The notes: generated by a model not told the origin, from the letters alone. A DNA stretch of 64,000 nt from Candidatus Latescibacterota bacterium (GCA_965237525.1 CBDEFO010000004.1:32001-96000), one strand, 5' to 3'. Shown: positions 1 through 11,559, counted from the first letter of the stretch. Program-made: numbers and translations.

Positions 1-94
1 CAGTTGAAGGAGTTGGGATTGAAGCTGAGTTCACAGACCACAAATAAGTAAACAGCAAGCAGGGATAGGAGACGGTGCCCTGACTACGGTCCAC

Positions 95-751
95 CTATTC
101 TGCCGCCTCTCTTATCGCTTTTATATTACGGGGGGGACCACCCTCCCTTTTGAAGACGGAGGATCCGGCTACGAGTATGTCTACACCCACTTCTGTGACT
201 TCTCTTGCATTTTCGACGCCGATCCCTCCGTCAACTTCTATCTCTGTGTCGAAGCCCTCCCGGTCGATCCAGGCTCTCAGTTGCTTTATCTTATCTACAG
301 ATTCGGGGATGAAAGGCTGTCCTCCGAAGCCGGGTTCGACGGACATTATAAGGGCTAAGTCAATAGATGACAAAAAGGGACTGAGAGCCTCAGTCGGAGT
401 CTTGGGGCTTATCGCCACACCTGCGGATAGTCCACTGTCTTTAATGCGCTTGATTAAGCCTTGTACATCTCCTGAGATCTCGGCGTGGACGGTTATGGAA
501 TCTGAGCCTGCGTCTATAAATCTCTCTAAATAGCGTCCGGGGTCAGTTATCATCAAATGAACGTCGAGTTTAAGATCAGTAAGGTTTCCGATCGTCTCGA
601 CGACCATAGAGCCGAAGCTTATGTTGTCCACAAAGTGTCCGTCCATTACGTCCAGATGGATCAGGTCCGCGCCTGCCTCTTCGACGGCCTTGACCTCTTC
701 TGTCAAACGGGAAAAATCTGCAGATAGAAACGATGGAGCTATCTTGACCAT
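95..751 (-). CDS. rpe: ribulose-phosphate 3-epimerase
   Basis: IAPSFLSAD, HLDVMDGHFV, DVHLM, MSVEPGFGGQ and EVDGG motifs. Confidence 0.97.
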   Translation of the reverse strand: MVKIAPSFLSADFSRLTEEVKAVEEAGADLIHLDVMDGHFVDNISFGSMVVETIGNLTDLKLDVHLMITDPGRYLERFIDAGSDSITVHAEISGDVQGLIKRIKDSGLSAGVAISPKTPTEALSPFLSSIDLALIMSVEPGFGGQPFIPESVDKIKQLRAWIDREGFDTEIEVDGGIGVENAREVTEVGVDILVAGSSVFKREGGPPRNIKAIREAAE

Positions 752-785
752 GGGTGCCTCCCGAATCTGTGGTGATCACGGTAAT

Positions 786-814
786 AATATATCCGACAGA
801 CGCATCAATGTCAA
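786..814 (-). promoter_or_regulatory. sigma70-type promoter of rpe
   Basis: TTGACA-17 nt-TATATT on the minus strand just upstream of the start. Confidence 0.6.
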
Positions 815-909
815 TCAAAAAGGGATCAGTTGTTTTTGATTCGGACAAATAAGTTACATTTTTCCCGAGCTTACTCAGGTCTTTGGTGATAAGAATCCAG
901 ACTGCTTCT

Positions 910-957
910 CCCCGATCCGCCCCCGATAGATTCAATCGGGGGTAGACTCAATCGGGG
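910..957. repeat. nested pair of the short CCCCGAT-N7-ATCGGGG palindromes inside a REP-like GATTGCTTC...CATGAC hairpin
   Basis: tccccgat[ccg cccccgatagattcaatcggggg]tagactcaatcgggg. Confidence 0.85.
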
Positions 958-1153
958 CGCTGGCCATGACAGTTCAGAGGACAGGAAAGGACGAAACGGA
1001 AAGGTCATTGCGAGGGGTTCACCCCCAGGCAATCTGGTGGGAGGTGCCCCTGCTGGTGGATCTGTTAACTCCACCCCTACTGTCTACTCTATTTATCTAT
1101 CCTTGAAGCCATTTTAGATGTGGAACGCCCACTGCGAAAGGAGATGAAACGCC

Positions 1154-1999
1154 ATGCCACCTGTAGAATTAGAAGATGAATTTGGAGATATAGTATCGAA
1201 AGCCCGTTTCGGAACGGAAATATCCGCGCTCCAAATATCAGAAAGGACCGGGATCTCATCTACAGAACTCGACCAAATAGAGGGTTACGCCTACGTTCCT
1301 CCCCACGATAAGATAAGACTCCTTGCAGATGTCCTCGGCCTCCATCCCGACAAACTCATCGACTCTGCGCATAAAGCCTGGGTACCCGAGAATCCCCAAG
1401 GTAAAGATACCTCCGGTGTGAGAGTCAAAATGCTGCCTGTCGGCGCCGGCCTTATAGCTAATTGCTACATACTCGGCTGCACAGAGACGAAAATGGGGGC
1501 TTTGATAGATCCCGGAGCTGAGGCTTACAGGATCATCACCGAAGTCGAATCATCAGGTTTGGATTTCCAATACATCCTGCTGACCCACGGACACGGCGAC
1601 CACGTGGGAGCCTTAAAAGCTGCAAAGGATCATCTGAAGGTTCCCGCTCTCATACACAAAAAAGAGTTAGGGCCCGTATCCTCACGGGACATTGACGATA
1701 CAATAGAGGAAGGGGACCACGTTCAAATAGGCAACCTGGCCGTATCGGTAAAGCTCACAGCAGGTCATACTAAAGGAGGCGTTTCTTTCGTCACAGTGGG
1801 AAACTCCTTTACAGGTGATGCGCTATTTGCCGGTTCGATGGGTGGAGCAAGAGGAGGTTGGCCCGGAGCCTACCATGACCAGATCAACTCGGTAAAGGAC
1901 AAGATCCTCTCGCTTTCAGATGAGACGAATCTGTTCTGCGGACACGGACCAGCCACGACAGTCGGGGAGGAAAAGGCACATAATCCCTTCTTTTTATAA
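1154..1999 (+). CDS. XRE-type HTH domain fused to MBL-fold (glyoxalase II-like) metallo-hydrolase
   Basis: N-terminal HTH (GDIVSKAR...ISERTGIS...LDQIE); THGHGDHVG, GHT, GDALF, GHG and EKAHNPF motifs. Confidence 0.85.
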   Translation: MPPVELEDEFGDIVSKARFGTEISALQISERTGISSTELDQIEGYAYVPPHDKIRLLADVLGLHPDKLIDSAHKAWVPENPQGKDTSGVRVKMLPVGAGLIANCYILGCTETKMGALIDPGAEAYRIITEVESSGLDFQYILLTHGHGDHVGALKAAKDHLKVPALIHKKELGPVSSRDIDDTIEEGDHVQIGNLAVSVKLTAGHTKGGVSFVTVGNSFTGDALFAGSMGGARGGWPGAYHDQINSVKDKILSLSDETNLFCGHGPATTVGEEKAHNPFFL

Positions 2000-2017
2000 G
2001 ATACACGAAGCACATAG

Positions 2018-2737
2018 TTAGAAAGAGCTATTGTCCCTTTCCTCTTCCCACAGACTCTTGGTATCCTGTGGAGCATCTTTGCATAGATCGCTCAAGGGGA
2101 TGTCGTAGCGGATGCGGTTGTTGGAAAAGCCCAGTCCTCCTACGACAAATTCGATGTATTCCGTATCCTCTAAGATATTGTGTTCCTTCTTGCCCTTTTG
2201 GTACTCTGTATGGAAAACTAAAGGGATGACAGCAGATCTTTGATCTGAATCCACCTTCTCCATGGGCGGTCTGGCTATCTTGCATGGGACGAAGTTGCTC
2301 CTGTCGTTTTCGACAAATATGTATTTTGACAGATCTTCGGGCAGAGAAATTGCTGCCGGAGCCTGCGACAGAGAATCACCCGTAAACTTTACCGTGAGTA
2401 TCGCGATAAGCTTTTTCTCCTTTTGCGTCTTTTGCGTCTTCTTTTTTATTTCTTCTCTTATCTCTTGTCTGCTGTGTCCCTCCTTACTCATCTTGGCGTA
2501 GACTTTGGCGGCTGTAAGTTCCTCAGTCAGCGGGATAACAGTTATAACAACGTTGCCTTCAAAGACAGATTTTTCGGATATTATCTGGCGGAGTTTAGAG
2601 CTGTAATAACTTTCTGCCCGCAGTGCTTTAGAAGTTGAAACAATAAGGATCATCAGAAAAAATATCGCACAACTTCTCAATTCTTTTCGCCTGCCTTTCT
2701 TATAGGGAAATATAGCGTTAGAGGGAGAAAAACACAA
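2018..2737 (-). CDS. hypothetical exported protein (true start probably downstream of the ORF start)
   Basis: 239-aa ORF with a signal-peptide-like hydrophobic stretch; no family recognised. Confidence 0.6.
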   Translation of the reverse strand: MCFSPSNAIFPYKKGRRKELRSCAIFFLMILIVSTSKALRAESYYSSKLRQIISEKSVFEGNVVITVIPLTEELTAAKVYAKMSKEGHSRQEIREEIKKKTQKTQKEKKLIAILTVKFTGDSLSQAPAAISLPEDLSKYIFVENDRSNFVPCKIARPPMEKVDSDQRSAVIPLVFHTEYQKGKKEHNILEDTEYIEFVVGGLGFSNNRIRYDIPLSDLCKDAPQDTKSLWEEERDNSSF

Positions 2738-2849
2738 GAAAGTAGTGGGGTTCTTGGTAAGACTGAATCTATCGGGAATTTTCTTTATCAGCGGGAGAAT
2801 ATCATTTTATAGCACACAACACTTAATAAGAAATTAAAACAAAAAAAAC

Positions 2850-2878
2850 TTGCACTTTAGGAAGATTCTTTGTATAAT
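2850..2878 (+). promoter_or_regulatory. sigma70-type promoter of the XRE regulator
   Basis: TTGCAC-17 nt-TATAAT. Confidence 0.65.
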
Positions 2879-2926
2879 GAGCGTAGGGAGGGGATTCTGA
2901 AGTTAGCTTAACCCCTAATCTATACG

Positions 2927-3136
2927 GTGGTGATAACGGTGACTGTAGGAGAGAACGTCAGAAAGCACCGAAAGATGCGCGGCCTTAAGCAATATGAGTT
3001 GGCCAAGAAAGTGGGAGTCCACAGGTCGGCAGTCTCGAAGTGGGAGAGTTCCGACCATAGCTTCACTGTGAGCACTCTCAGGAGAATAGCCACGGCGCTG
3101 AATGTATCTGTGGTGGATCTGGTTTCTGATAACTGA
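2927..3136 (+). CDS. small XRE-family HTH transcriptional regulator
   Basis: VGENVRKHRKMRGLKQYELAKKVGVHRSAVSKWE. Confidence 0.88.
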   Translation: MVITVTVGENVRKHRKMRGLKQYELAKKVGVHRSAVSKWESSDHSFTVSTLRRIATALNVSVVDLVSDN

Positions 3137-3147
3137 TTCAGACCTAA

Positions 3148-4666
3148 AAGCCTTGTGAAAAACCCTTAGATTCAGAAAGTAGTATAGAACAAGCATTGAT
3201 AAAGCAGTTCCGATGTATTATATTATGTTATTGATAATATTATACATGGAGGAAACAATGACCCCACAAAAGCAGGAACAGACAAATCCGATGTTTCACT
3301 ATTTTCAGATGGAGGATTTAGTTCCCGAGGATCATATCCTTCGTCAGATTGATGAGGCAGTTGATTTTTCATTTGTACGAGACGTTGTATCAGATTGTTA
3401 TTGCCCTGACAATGGCAGACCCGGTATTGATCCTGAATTAGTTGTTCGAATGATCCTTATTGGCTATCTGTATAATTTGAGTGAGAATCGGCTCTGTCAG
3501 GAAGTGGGGATGCATGCGGCATATCGGTTGTTTTGTCATCAGACATTTGATGATGCGGTTCCGGATAGGAGCACGATCAACAAGCTTCGCAATCACAAGT
3601 GGGCATCCAGTGGGTTGTTTGAACGGATAATGCGTCAGGTAGTCCAGTGTTGCATAGATGTCGGTGTTGTGAGCGGTAAACACCTTAGTGTCGACGGCAC
3701 TCAGATACAAGCTGATGCTTCAGTGAAAAGTATTGAGCCGATAGAACCCCCTGTTTCTCTTGATGATTATCTCAAGGGAATCGGTTTTGAAGGTGATAAG
3801 ACAAAGGGTAGGTCCGGGCATCCTCAGGATAAAGACTTTCATGGTGAAAAGTGGACGAACCAAACACACCGTTCGACTACAGACCCCGACGCGCGCTTAT
3901 ACAGCAAATCGAAGGGCAAAGGGGCTTTTCTCTCGTTTATGGGCCATGATCTGATCGACACAAAAAGCAGAGTAATCCTTGAGACTCAGGGCACGCAGGC
4001 GACAGGGACAGCAGAGCCCGAAAGTGCCCTTAAGATGGTAGATGACCTTGAAACATACACCATGCCCAAAGACATTCAGACACTTAGTGCCGATACCGGT
4101 TACGGTTCTGGTAATTTTATCGCTGATGTACTTGACCGGGGAATCATACCCCATATTCCTCTGCGAGCCGATGAGAAGATTGAACCGATTCCTACATGGA
4201 AAAACAAGACAAATTCAGCACATATTCAGGCCGAACGGGATAGAAAAGTGCGAGAGGCGAAAGCCAGAAATCATGCACGGTCTATCTCATTAACAGCTGA
4301 CTACAAACTCTCCCGGAGACTCCGTAAACGCAGTGAACATATCTTTGCTGAAGCCAGGCAACAACACGGTATGGGACGAGCCCGTTATAGAGGACCAGCC
4401 TCACTGAATGAACAGTTGAATCTTGTTGCAACAGTACAGAATCTCAAGAGGCTTGTATCTTTCATAAGAAGGGGGAAAGCGTCTATGTGTGCCCTGTCTG
4501 TCAAAGACAGTGCATCCTGTTCTTCAAACAGCTCCTATTCCTTGCTGACCAGAACTCTGATAAGACTATTTTGCTTATTCCACAGCAAAACGATACGATA
4601 TGCTACTCTTTGACCCATAATCGGCGCTTCAGACGCTGCCTGGGACATAACTATTTCACAAGGCTT
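3148..4666 (+). mobile_element. IS1182-family element, copy 1 (transposase about 3258..4613)
   Basis: TIR AAGCCTTGTGAAA; 4-bp TSD CTAA/CTAA; GRPGIDP, VDGT, ADTGY and RKRSEHIFAE motifs. Confidence 0.93.
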
Positions 4667-4937
4667 CTAAATATCAATAACTTTACTATGCCGAACCATT
4701 CAGCCTACATTCTGACCGAAAAGACGTGTAAAACGCCTGTTAAGTGAAAATACTTTTGTTCTGTCTCTACAAACAGATATAATTATCGCGAGCGTGACGG
4801 ATAAGACAAGTACACGCACCAAATGGAAATAGCAACTATTAGCAGTGAAAGCAACGGACTTGAGCCTGATCAGTTTCATAAGAGTAGGGAAACCTTAAAA
4901 AGGTAAAGAGAAGTTCTTCAAATTTGGGGGAGAACAC

Positions 4938-6809
4938 ATGAACACTACCAAAGCCTTAGAATTTGCGCTTACCAGAACAGCAGCAGTGACGTGGACTATC
5001 TTTCAGACCTTCAATAGAATTAAGCCTGGTAATCCTGTTCAGCCAAAGTGGGCACCCCAGCCCCTTATGAAGAGCAAGGAACGTTCCAGACCCAAATTAG
5101 GTTGGCCAAGAGAGACGGACTCTCTCTGTCCCAAGTGCGTCAAAGAGGTAAGGGAAAAGATACTCTCCGGCGAGGAGGACTTGAGCCTCCTGACTGAAGG
5201 GCACCCCGGAGAGATCAAAGCTAGTATCCTCCAAAAGGACGGCAAGATAGTAATGGAGAAGACCTGTCCTAAGCACGGGCTCTTCACGGACACAATATCC
5301 ATAGACCCCAAATTCTTCGATCGCATCGAAAGGCTCTATCCAGGCAGGGACTTCAAAGCGATCACAGATACCCTTCACAACCATGGCACATCCTCCATCC
5401 AGTACGGCAGAGGCTCTGTCCTTACCGTTGACCTGACCAACCGCTGCAATATGATGTGCGATCCCTGCTTTATGGACGCAAACCAGGTCGGCTACGTCCA
5501 CGAACTGACGTTTGATGAGATAAAAAAGATATTAGACGACTCACTTACTATTAAGCCCAAAAGGCAAATGTCCATCCAGTTCTCAGGCGGGGAACCCACC
5601 ATCTCGCCCATTTTCCTGGAATCAGTAGCCTACGCCGAAGAGATAGGCTACTTCAGCATACAGGCTGCTACAAACGGAATACGCTTTGCACAGGAGCCAG
5701 GATTTGCCGAGAAGGCCAGAGATGCGGGATTGAGGATCGCCTACCTCCAGTTCGACGGCGTGGGAAACAAGAACCACGCCCACAGAAAAATCAGCAATCT
5801 TTTCGACGTTAAATTAAGGGCAATCGAAAACCTTTACAAAGCTGGAATAGATGTCGTGCTGGTGGTTACTATAGTCAACACGATCAACGACGACCAGGTC
5901 GGACCTGTTATAGACTTTGCAGTCGAAAACGCCAACAAGATCAGCTTTATCGCCTTTCAGCCAGTATCTTTCACGGGAAGAGACGAAGACATCACAGACG
6001 AACTGAGAGAAAGACAAAGATACACGCTGTCTCACCTTGCGCACGACGCCAAGACGCAGACAGGCATCACCGAGCCCTTGAGGGACTGGTTCCCCATCTC
6101 AGCCGCAGGAGCAATTGCAGATCTGACAGACCTAATAAAAGGAGCGGGATCAGACTGGGGCACGATGAAGTGCGGATGCCATCCCAACTGCGGTATCTCG
6201 ACCGCTCTTCTGGTCAACAAGAATACAAAAGAGTGGGCCCCGCTCCCCCAGGTCATAAACGTCGAACGCTTCTTTGAAGACATAAAAGTCATGACCGACA
6301 CAAACAGAGGCCCGGCGCTAACCAAATTCCAGATTGCCCTTTCACTTCTGAGAAACTACAACCCCGACAAAGCGCCCGGAAATTTCAAACTCAGAGACCT
6401 GCTGAAGAAGTTTGACAAACAGAGTGGGGGGTCACTTGGGGGCAAGCTCGGAGGAGAAGACAACGAAAACAGAAAAGAGGACGAGTGGCTAATCCTCTTC
6501 ATCGCCGGAATGTGGTTTCAGGACCTCTTCACCTACGACTTCCGCCGCACAGAGATGTGCATTATCCCCTACGCCACGCAGATGGGAGAAATTTCCTTCT
6601 GCGCTTACAACACCGGCGTTGGGTGGAGGCAGATAATCGAGAAGATGTTCATGAACGCCACCACGCGCGACTGGTTCAAGGAAAAGGGCAGACATCCGGT
6701 CTACGCCAACATGAGGGATGTACCCCTGCCCGAATATGATTCTCCTATAACTAGCGCAGTCCCTACTGACAAAGACAGCCTCCTTCAAATTGAGATACCT
6801 AAACGTTAA
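4938..6809 (+). CDS. tes: radical SAM protein of the tetraether lipid synthase (Tes/MJ0619) family
   Basis: N-terminal SLCPKC...KTCPKHG metal site; LTNRCNMMCDPCFMDANQVGYVHE; QFSGGEPT; QAATNG; YLQFDG; CHPNCG; FCAYN. Confidence 0.75.
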   Translation: MNTTKALEFALTRTAAVTWTIFQTFNRIKPGNPVQPKWAPQPLMKSKERSRPKLGWPRETDSLCPKCVKEVREKILSGEEDLSLLTEGHPGEIKASILQKDGKIVMEKTCPKHGLFTDTISIDPKFFDRIERLYPGRDFKAITDTLHNHGTSSIQYGRGSVLTVDLTNRCNMMCDPCFMDANQVGYVHELTFDEIKKILDDSLTIKPKRQMSIQFSGGEPTISPIFLESVAYAEEIGYFSIQAATNGIRFAQEPGFAEKARDAGLRIAYLQFDGVGNKNHAHRKISNLFDVKLRAIENLYKAGIDVVLVVTIVNTINDDQVGPVIDFAVENANKISFIAFQPVSFTGRDEDITDELRERQRYTLSHLAHDAKTQTGITEPLRDWFPISAAGAIADLTDLIKGAGSDWGTMKCGCHPNCGISTALLVNKNTKEWAPLPQVINVERFFEDIKVMTDTNRGPALTKFQIALSLLRNYNPDKAPGNFKLRDLLKKFDKQSGGSLGGKLGGEDNENRKEDEWLILFIAGMWFQDLFTYDFRRTEMCIIPYATQMGEISFCAYNTGVGWRQIIEKMFMNATTRDWFKEKGRHPVYANMRDVPLPEYDSPITSAVPTDKDSLLQIEIPKR

Positions 6810-7017
6810 CCTGAACTCGAACTGGAGGAAGCTATCGCTTGAATTAAGAATCTGTCAAGGGGCTCGGCACGACTCGACTTAAGGCGCGTGGCGCGCGGGT
6901 CCCCAGCAGATATACGAATAACGGCGATGCAGACTATGTGAGGTCTTACAGCCGTGGAGTATGACATAGATTCAAAAATAGCTACATAACTTCGGAAGTT
7001 TTTTTGTCTCGTATTAG

Positions 7018-8536
7018 AAGCCTTGTGAAATAGTTATGTCCCAGGCAGCGTCTGAAGCGCCGATTATGGGTCAAAGAGTAGCATATCGTATCGTTTTGCT
7101 GTGGAATAAGCAAAATAGTCTTATCAGAGTTCTGGTCAGCAAGGAACAGGAGCTGTTTGAAGAACAGGATGCACTGTCTTTGACAGACAGGGCACACATA
7201 GACGCTTTCCCCCTTCTTATGAAAGATACAAGCCTCTTGAGATTCTGTACTGTTGCAACAAGATTCAACTGTTCATTCAGTGAGGCTGGTCCTCTGTAAC
7301 GGGCTCGTCCCATACCGTGTTGTTGCCTGGCTTCAGCAAAGATATGTTCACTGCGTTTACGGAGTCTCCGGGAGAGTTTGTAGTCAGCTGTTAATGAGAT
7401 AGACCGTGCATGATTTCTGGCTTTCGCCTCTCGCACTTTTCTATCCCGTTCGGCCTGAATATGTGCTGGATTTGTCTTGTTTTTCCATGTAGGAATCGGT
7501 TCAATCTTCTCATCGGCTCGCAGAGGAATATGGGGTATGATTCCCCGGTCAAGTACATCAGCGATAAAATTACCAGAACCGTAACCGGTATCGGCACTAA
7601 GTGTCTGAATGTCTTTGGGCATGGTGTATGTTTCAAGGTCATCTACCATCTTAAGGGCACTTTCGGGCTCTGCTGTCCCTGTCGCCTGCGTGCCCTGAGT
7701 CTCAAGGATTACTCTGCTTTTTGTGTCGATCAGATCATGGCCCATAAACGAGAGAAAAGCCCCTTTGCCCTTCGATTTGCTGTATAAGCGCGCGTCGGGG
7801 TCTGTAGTCGAACGGTGTGTTTGGTTCGTCCACTTTTCACCATGAAAGTCTTTATCCTGAGGATGCCCGGACCTACCCTTTGTCTTATCACCTTCAAAAC
7901 CGATTCCCTTGAGATAATCATCAAGAGAAACAGGGGGTTCTATCGGCTCAATACTTTTCACTGAAGCATCAGCTTGTATCTGAGTGCCGTCGACACTAAG
8001 GTGTTTACCGCTCACAAGACCGACATCTATGCAACACTGGACTACCTGACGCATTATCCGTTCAAACAACCCACTGGATGCCCACTTGTGATTGCGAAGC
8101 TTGTTGATCGTGCTCCTATCCGGAACCGCATCATCAAATGTCTGATGACAAAACAACCGATATGCCGCATGCATCCCCACTTCCTGACAGAGCCGATTCT
8201 CACTCAAATTATACAGATAGCCAATAAGGATCATTCGAACAACTAATTCAGGATCAATACCGGGTCTGCCATTGTCAGGGCAATAACAATCTGATACAAC
8301 GTCTCGTACAAATGAAAAATCAACTGCCTCATCAATCTGACGAAGGATATGATCCTCGGGAACTAAATCCTCCATCTGAAAATAGTGAAACATCGGATTT
8401 GTCTGTTCCTGCTTTTGTGGGGTCATTGTTTCCTCCATGTATAATATTATCAATAACATAATATAATACATCGGAGCTGCTTTATCAATGCTTGTTTTAT
8501 ACTATTTTCTGAATCTAAGGGTTTTTCACAAGGCTT
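7018..8536 (-). mobile_element. IS1182-family element, copy 2
   Basis: near-identical to copy 1; flanks TTAG/TTAA do not match. Confidence 0.93.
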
Positions 8537-8540
8537 TTAA

Positions 8541-8760
8541 AGTGCGGAAACTATCGTTCTTTATCCACAATTTTCAGGATGCAGATGATCTTGACCTTGA
8601 GAGGATAGAGATGTGTTCTTTCCACTGCGCCACTTCCGATGGGTCTGTCTCTATGTGTCTTCACAATGCCAAAAGGGACGATTTCATATTGCCCCATGTA
8701 GAACCGATGTCGAGAAACACAGGAGGAGAACGATGGCAAAGTACAGAGTTGGGATTGTAG
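8541..8760 (+). pseudogene. C-terminal remnant of a radical SAM protein cut by IS1182
   Basis: LSFFIHNFQDADDLDLERIEMCSF...SMCLHNAKRDDFIL; no start outside the IS. Confidence 0.55.
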
Positions 8761-8918
8761 GTTGCACAGGCATTGCGGCACGCAGGAGAGAAGACGGTCT
8801 TAATCTCCCGTTAGGAGAAGAGATGCCTGGTTCTCACGCCGCGGCGCATGCTATTGAGCCTTCCACCCAGGTTGTGGCAGTATGCGATATTCTGCAAAGA
8901 CAGGAAATACGAGGGTAG
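8733..8918 (+). pseudogene. truncated Gfo/Idh/MocA oxidoreductase (N-terminus only)
   Basis: RBS GGAGGAG; MAKYRVGIVGC...HA...VVAVCDI, then an early stop. Confidence 0.75.
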
Positions 8919-8934
8919 ATTTGCCCCTTCGAGG

Positions 8935-9225
8935 CTAACCGGCTATCGCTTGTACCCTTGTGGCAAACTCGAAATCGTTCTGGCTGATCCCGTCCACGTC
9001 GTGGGTGACAAGATCTATCGTTACTCTATTGTAGACATTGAACCACTCCGGATGATGGTTCAGGGATTCTGCCACAAGTGCGACACTTGCCATAAACCCG
9101 AACGCCTCTACGAACGACCCGAACTGGAAGGTCTTGTGGAGCTTTCCCTCGACGATCTCCCAGCCCTCAAGACCTGATAACTGTTCCTCTATCTCTTTAT
9201 CGGTGAGTTTTTCTAACTTTGGCAT
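8935..9225 (-). CDS. phhB: pterin-4-alpha-carbinolamine dehydratase
   Basis: AFGFM...AESLNHHPEWFNVYNRVTIDLVTHD. Confidence 0.92.
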   Translation of the reverse strand: MPKLEKLTDKEIEEQLSGLEGWEIVEGKLHKTFQFGSFVEAFGFMASVALVAESLNHHPEWFNVYNRVTIDLVTHDVDGISQNDFEFATRVQAIAG

Positions 9226-9402
9226 CTGCAACCTCCTCGGTTTTGTCCTGCGAGTCTCTATCTGTATGCACAATTATAACAAAGTCCCACGCGAAGCTCA
9301 AGAGTGAATTTTGCGGATTCTCCATTTTGCGTTTACACAATGTATTTATGCAATTCTGTATGAAACGGCTATGTGACAGCTCTTATTAAGAGGTCATCTG
9401 TT

Positions 9403-10056
9403 ATGTCAAAACGGGTATTATTTCTGATATTGATTGTAATTGCACCTCATTTTAATTGTGCGAAACATTCACATGTAAGGCATTGGACTGAAAAAACAGA
9501 ATGGACCTACGAACAAACAGATTCGTTAATTCTTGAAAGAAAAATCATAGAATACGCTGAATTGTTAGATAATTTGCGTGCTGAGTCTGCGAGATATGCA
9601 GGCTTTGATAATGCACTGCCTGCAAATCTCTCGGAATATACTAATCTTAATAAAAACTCAATTTTGAGGATTGTTGCAATAACACGTGATAAGGAAGAGC
9701 TTCCAATAAAGAATGCATACATAGATTACTCAGGTAGGAAAGTAAAATTAGAAGAAATGTTAACCACGTTCACCGAAGTAAAGGATGGAATCGTGAAGAG
9801 AGTCTTGGGAGGTCACCGTCAGGATTTCTTCTATTTATTCCCGATTTATCTGCAATTGAGAGAATGTGAGTTGTTAATTGATTGGAATAAGAATAGAGAA
9901 GCCTTCAGCATAGGGAAATTTCCGATGGGAATAGGTTTACGATTTATTGTTGACGATGAAAATGTGGAGGATCAAAATTACGAAGTCAAGAGTAAATCGC
10001 TCAAAGAGATTCTAAGGAGAGAGTTTTCCGTCTTCATTAAAAGCCTTGTGAAATAG
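9403..10056 (+). CDS. AT-rich hypothetical lipoprotein whose 3' end runs into IS1182
   Basis: signal peptide ending FNC; last codons and stop lie in the IS TIR. Confidence 0.6.
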   Translation: MSKRVLFLILIVIAPHFNCAKHSHVRHWTEKTEWTYEQTDSLILERKIIEYAELLDNLRAESARYAGFDNALPANLSEYTNLNKNSILRIVAITRDKEELPIKNAYIDYSGRKVKLEEMLTTFTEVKDGIVKRVLGGHRQDFFYLFPIYLQLRECELLIDWNKNREAFSIGKFPMGIGLRFIVDDENVEDQNYEVKSKSLKEILRREFSVFIKSLVK

Positions 10057-11559
10057 TTATGTCCCAGGCAGCGTCTGAAGCGCCGATTATGGGTCAAAGA
10101 GTAGCATATCGTATCGTTTTGCTGTGGAATAAGCAAAATAGTCTTATCAGAGTTCTGGTCAGCAAGGAACAGGAGCTGTTTGAAGAACAGGATGCACTGT
10201 CTTTGACAGACAGGGCACACATAGGCGCTTTCCCCCTTCTTATGAAAGATACAAGCCTCTTGAGATTCTGTACTGTTGCAACAAGATTCAACTGTTCATT
10301 CAGTGAGGCTGGTCCTCTATAACGGGCTCGTCCCATACCGTGTTGTTGCCTGGCTTCAGCAAAGATATGTTCACTGCGTTTACGGAGTCTCCGGGAGAGT
10401 TTGTAGTCAGCTGTTAATGAGATAGACCGTGCATGATTTCTGGCTTTCGCCTCTCGCACTTTTCTATCCCGTTCGGCCTGAATATGTGCTGGATTTGTCT
10501 TGTTTTTCCATGTAGGAATCGGTTCAATCTTCTCATCGGCTCGCAGAGGAATATGGGGTATGATTCCCCGGTCAAGTACATCAGCGATAAAATTACCAGA
10601 ACCGTAACCGGTATCGGCACTAAGTGTCTGAATGTCTTTGGGCATGGTGTATGTTTCAAGGTCATCTACCATCTTAAGGGCACTTTCGGGCTCTGCTGTC
10701 CCTGTCGCCTGCGTGCCCTGAGTCTCAAGGATTACTCTGCTTTTTGTGTCGATCAGATCATGGCCCATAAACGAGAGAAAAGCCCCTTTGCCCTTCGATT
10801 TGCTGTATAAGCGCGCGTCGGGGTCTGTAGTCGAACGGTGTGTTTGGTTCGTCCACTTTTCACCATGAAAGTCTTTATCCTGAGGATGCCCGGACCTACC
10901 CTTTGTCTTATCACCTTCAAAACCGATTCCCTTGAGATAATCATCAAGAGAAACAGGGGGTTCTATCGGCTCAATACTTTTCACTGAAGCATCAGCTTGT
11001 ATCTGAGTGCCGTCGACACTAAGGTGTTTACCGCTCACAAGACCGACATCTATGCAACACTGGACTACCTGACGCATTATCCGTTCAAACAACCCACTGG
11101 ATGCCCACTTGTGATTGCGAAGCTTGTTGATCGTGCTCCTATCCGGAACCGCATCATCAAATGTCTGATGACAAAACAACCGATATGCCGCATGCATCCC
11201 CACTTCCTGACAGAGCCGATTCTCACTCAAATTATACAGATAGCCAATAAGGATCATTCGAACAACTAATTCAGGATCAATACCGGGTCTGCCATTGTCA
11301 GGGCAATAACAATCTGATACAACGTCTCGTACAAATGAAAAATCAACTGCCTCATCAATCTGACGAAGGATATGATCCTCGGGAACTAAATCCTCCATCT
11401 GAAAATAGTGAAACATCGGATTTGTCTGTTCCTGCTTTTGTGGGGTCATTGTTTCCTCCATGTATAATATTATCAATAACATAATATAATACATCGGAGC
11501 TGCTTTATCAATGCTTGTTCTATACTACTTTCTGAATCTAAGGGTTTTTCACAAGGCTT
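10041..11559 (-). mobile_element. IS1182-family element, copy 3
   Basis: near-identical copy; flanks TTAA/CTAA do not match. Confidence 0.93.

Noticed and set aside
4670..4937. Riboswitch upstream of the tes-like gene
   Set aside because: No known aptamer consensus could be matched by eye.
3148..8536. Composite transposon carrying the tes-like gene
   Set aside because: Copy 1 has its own matching TSD and the outer flanks (CTAA/TTAA) differ.
10000..10040. In-frame join of ORF 9403 to the radical SAM tail at 8541 as one split gene
   Set aside because: The lipoprotein has no radical SAM motifs and an in-frame join has a one-in-three chance.
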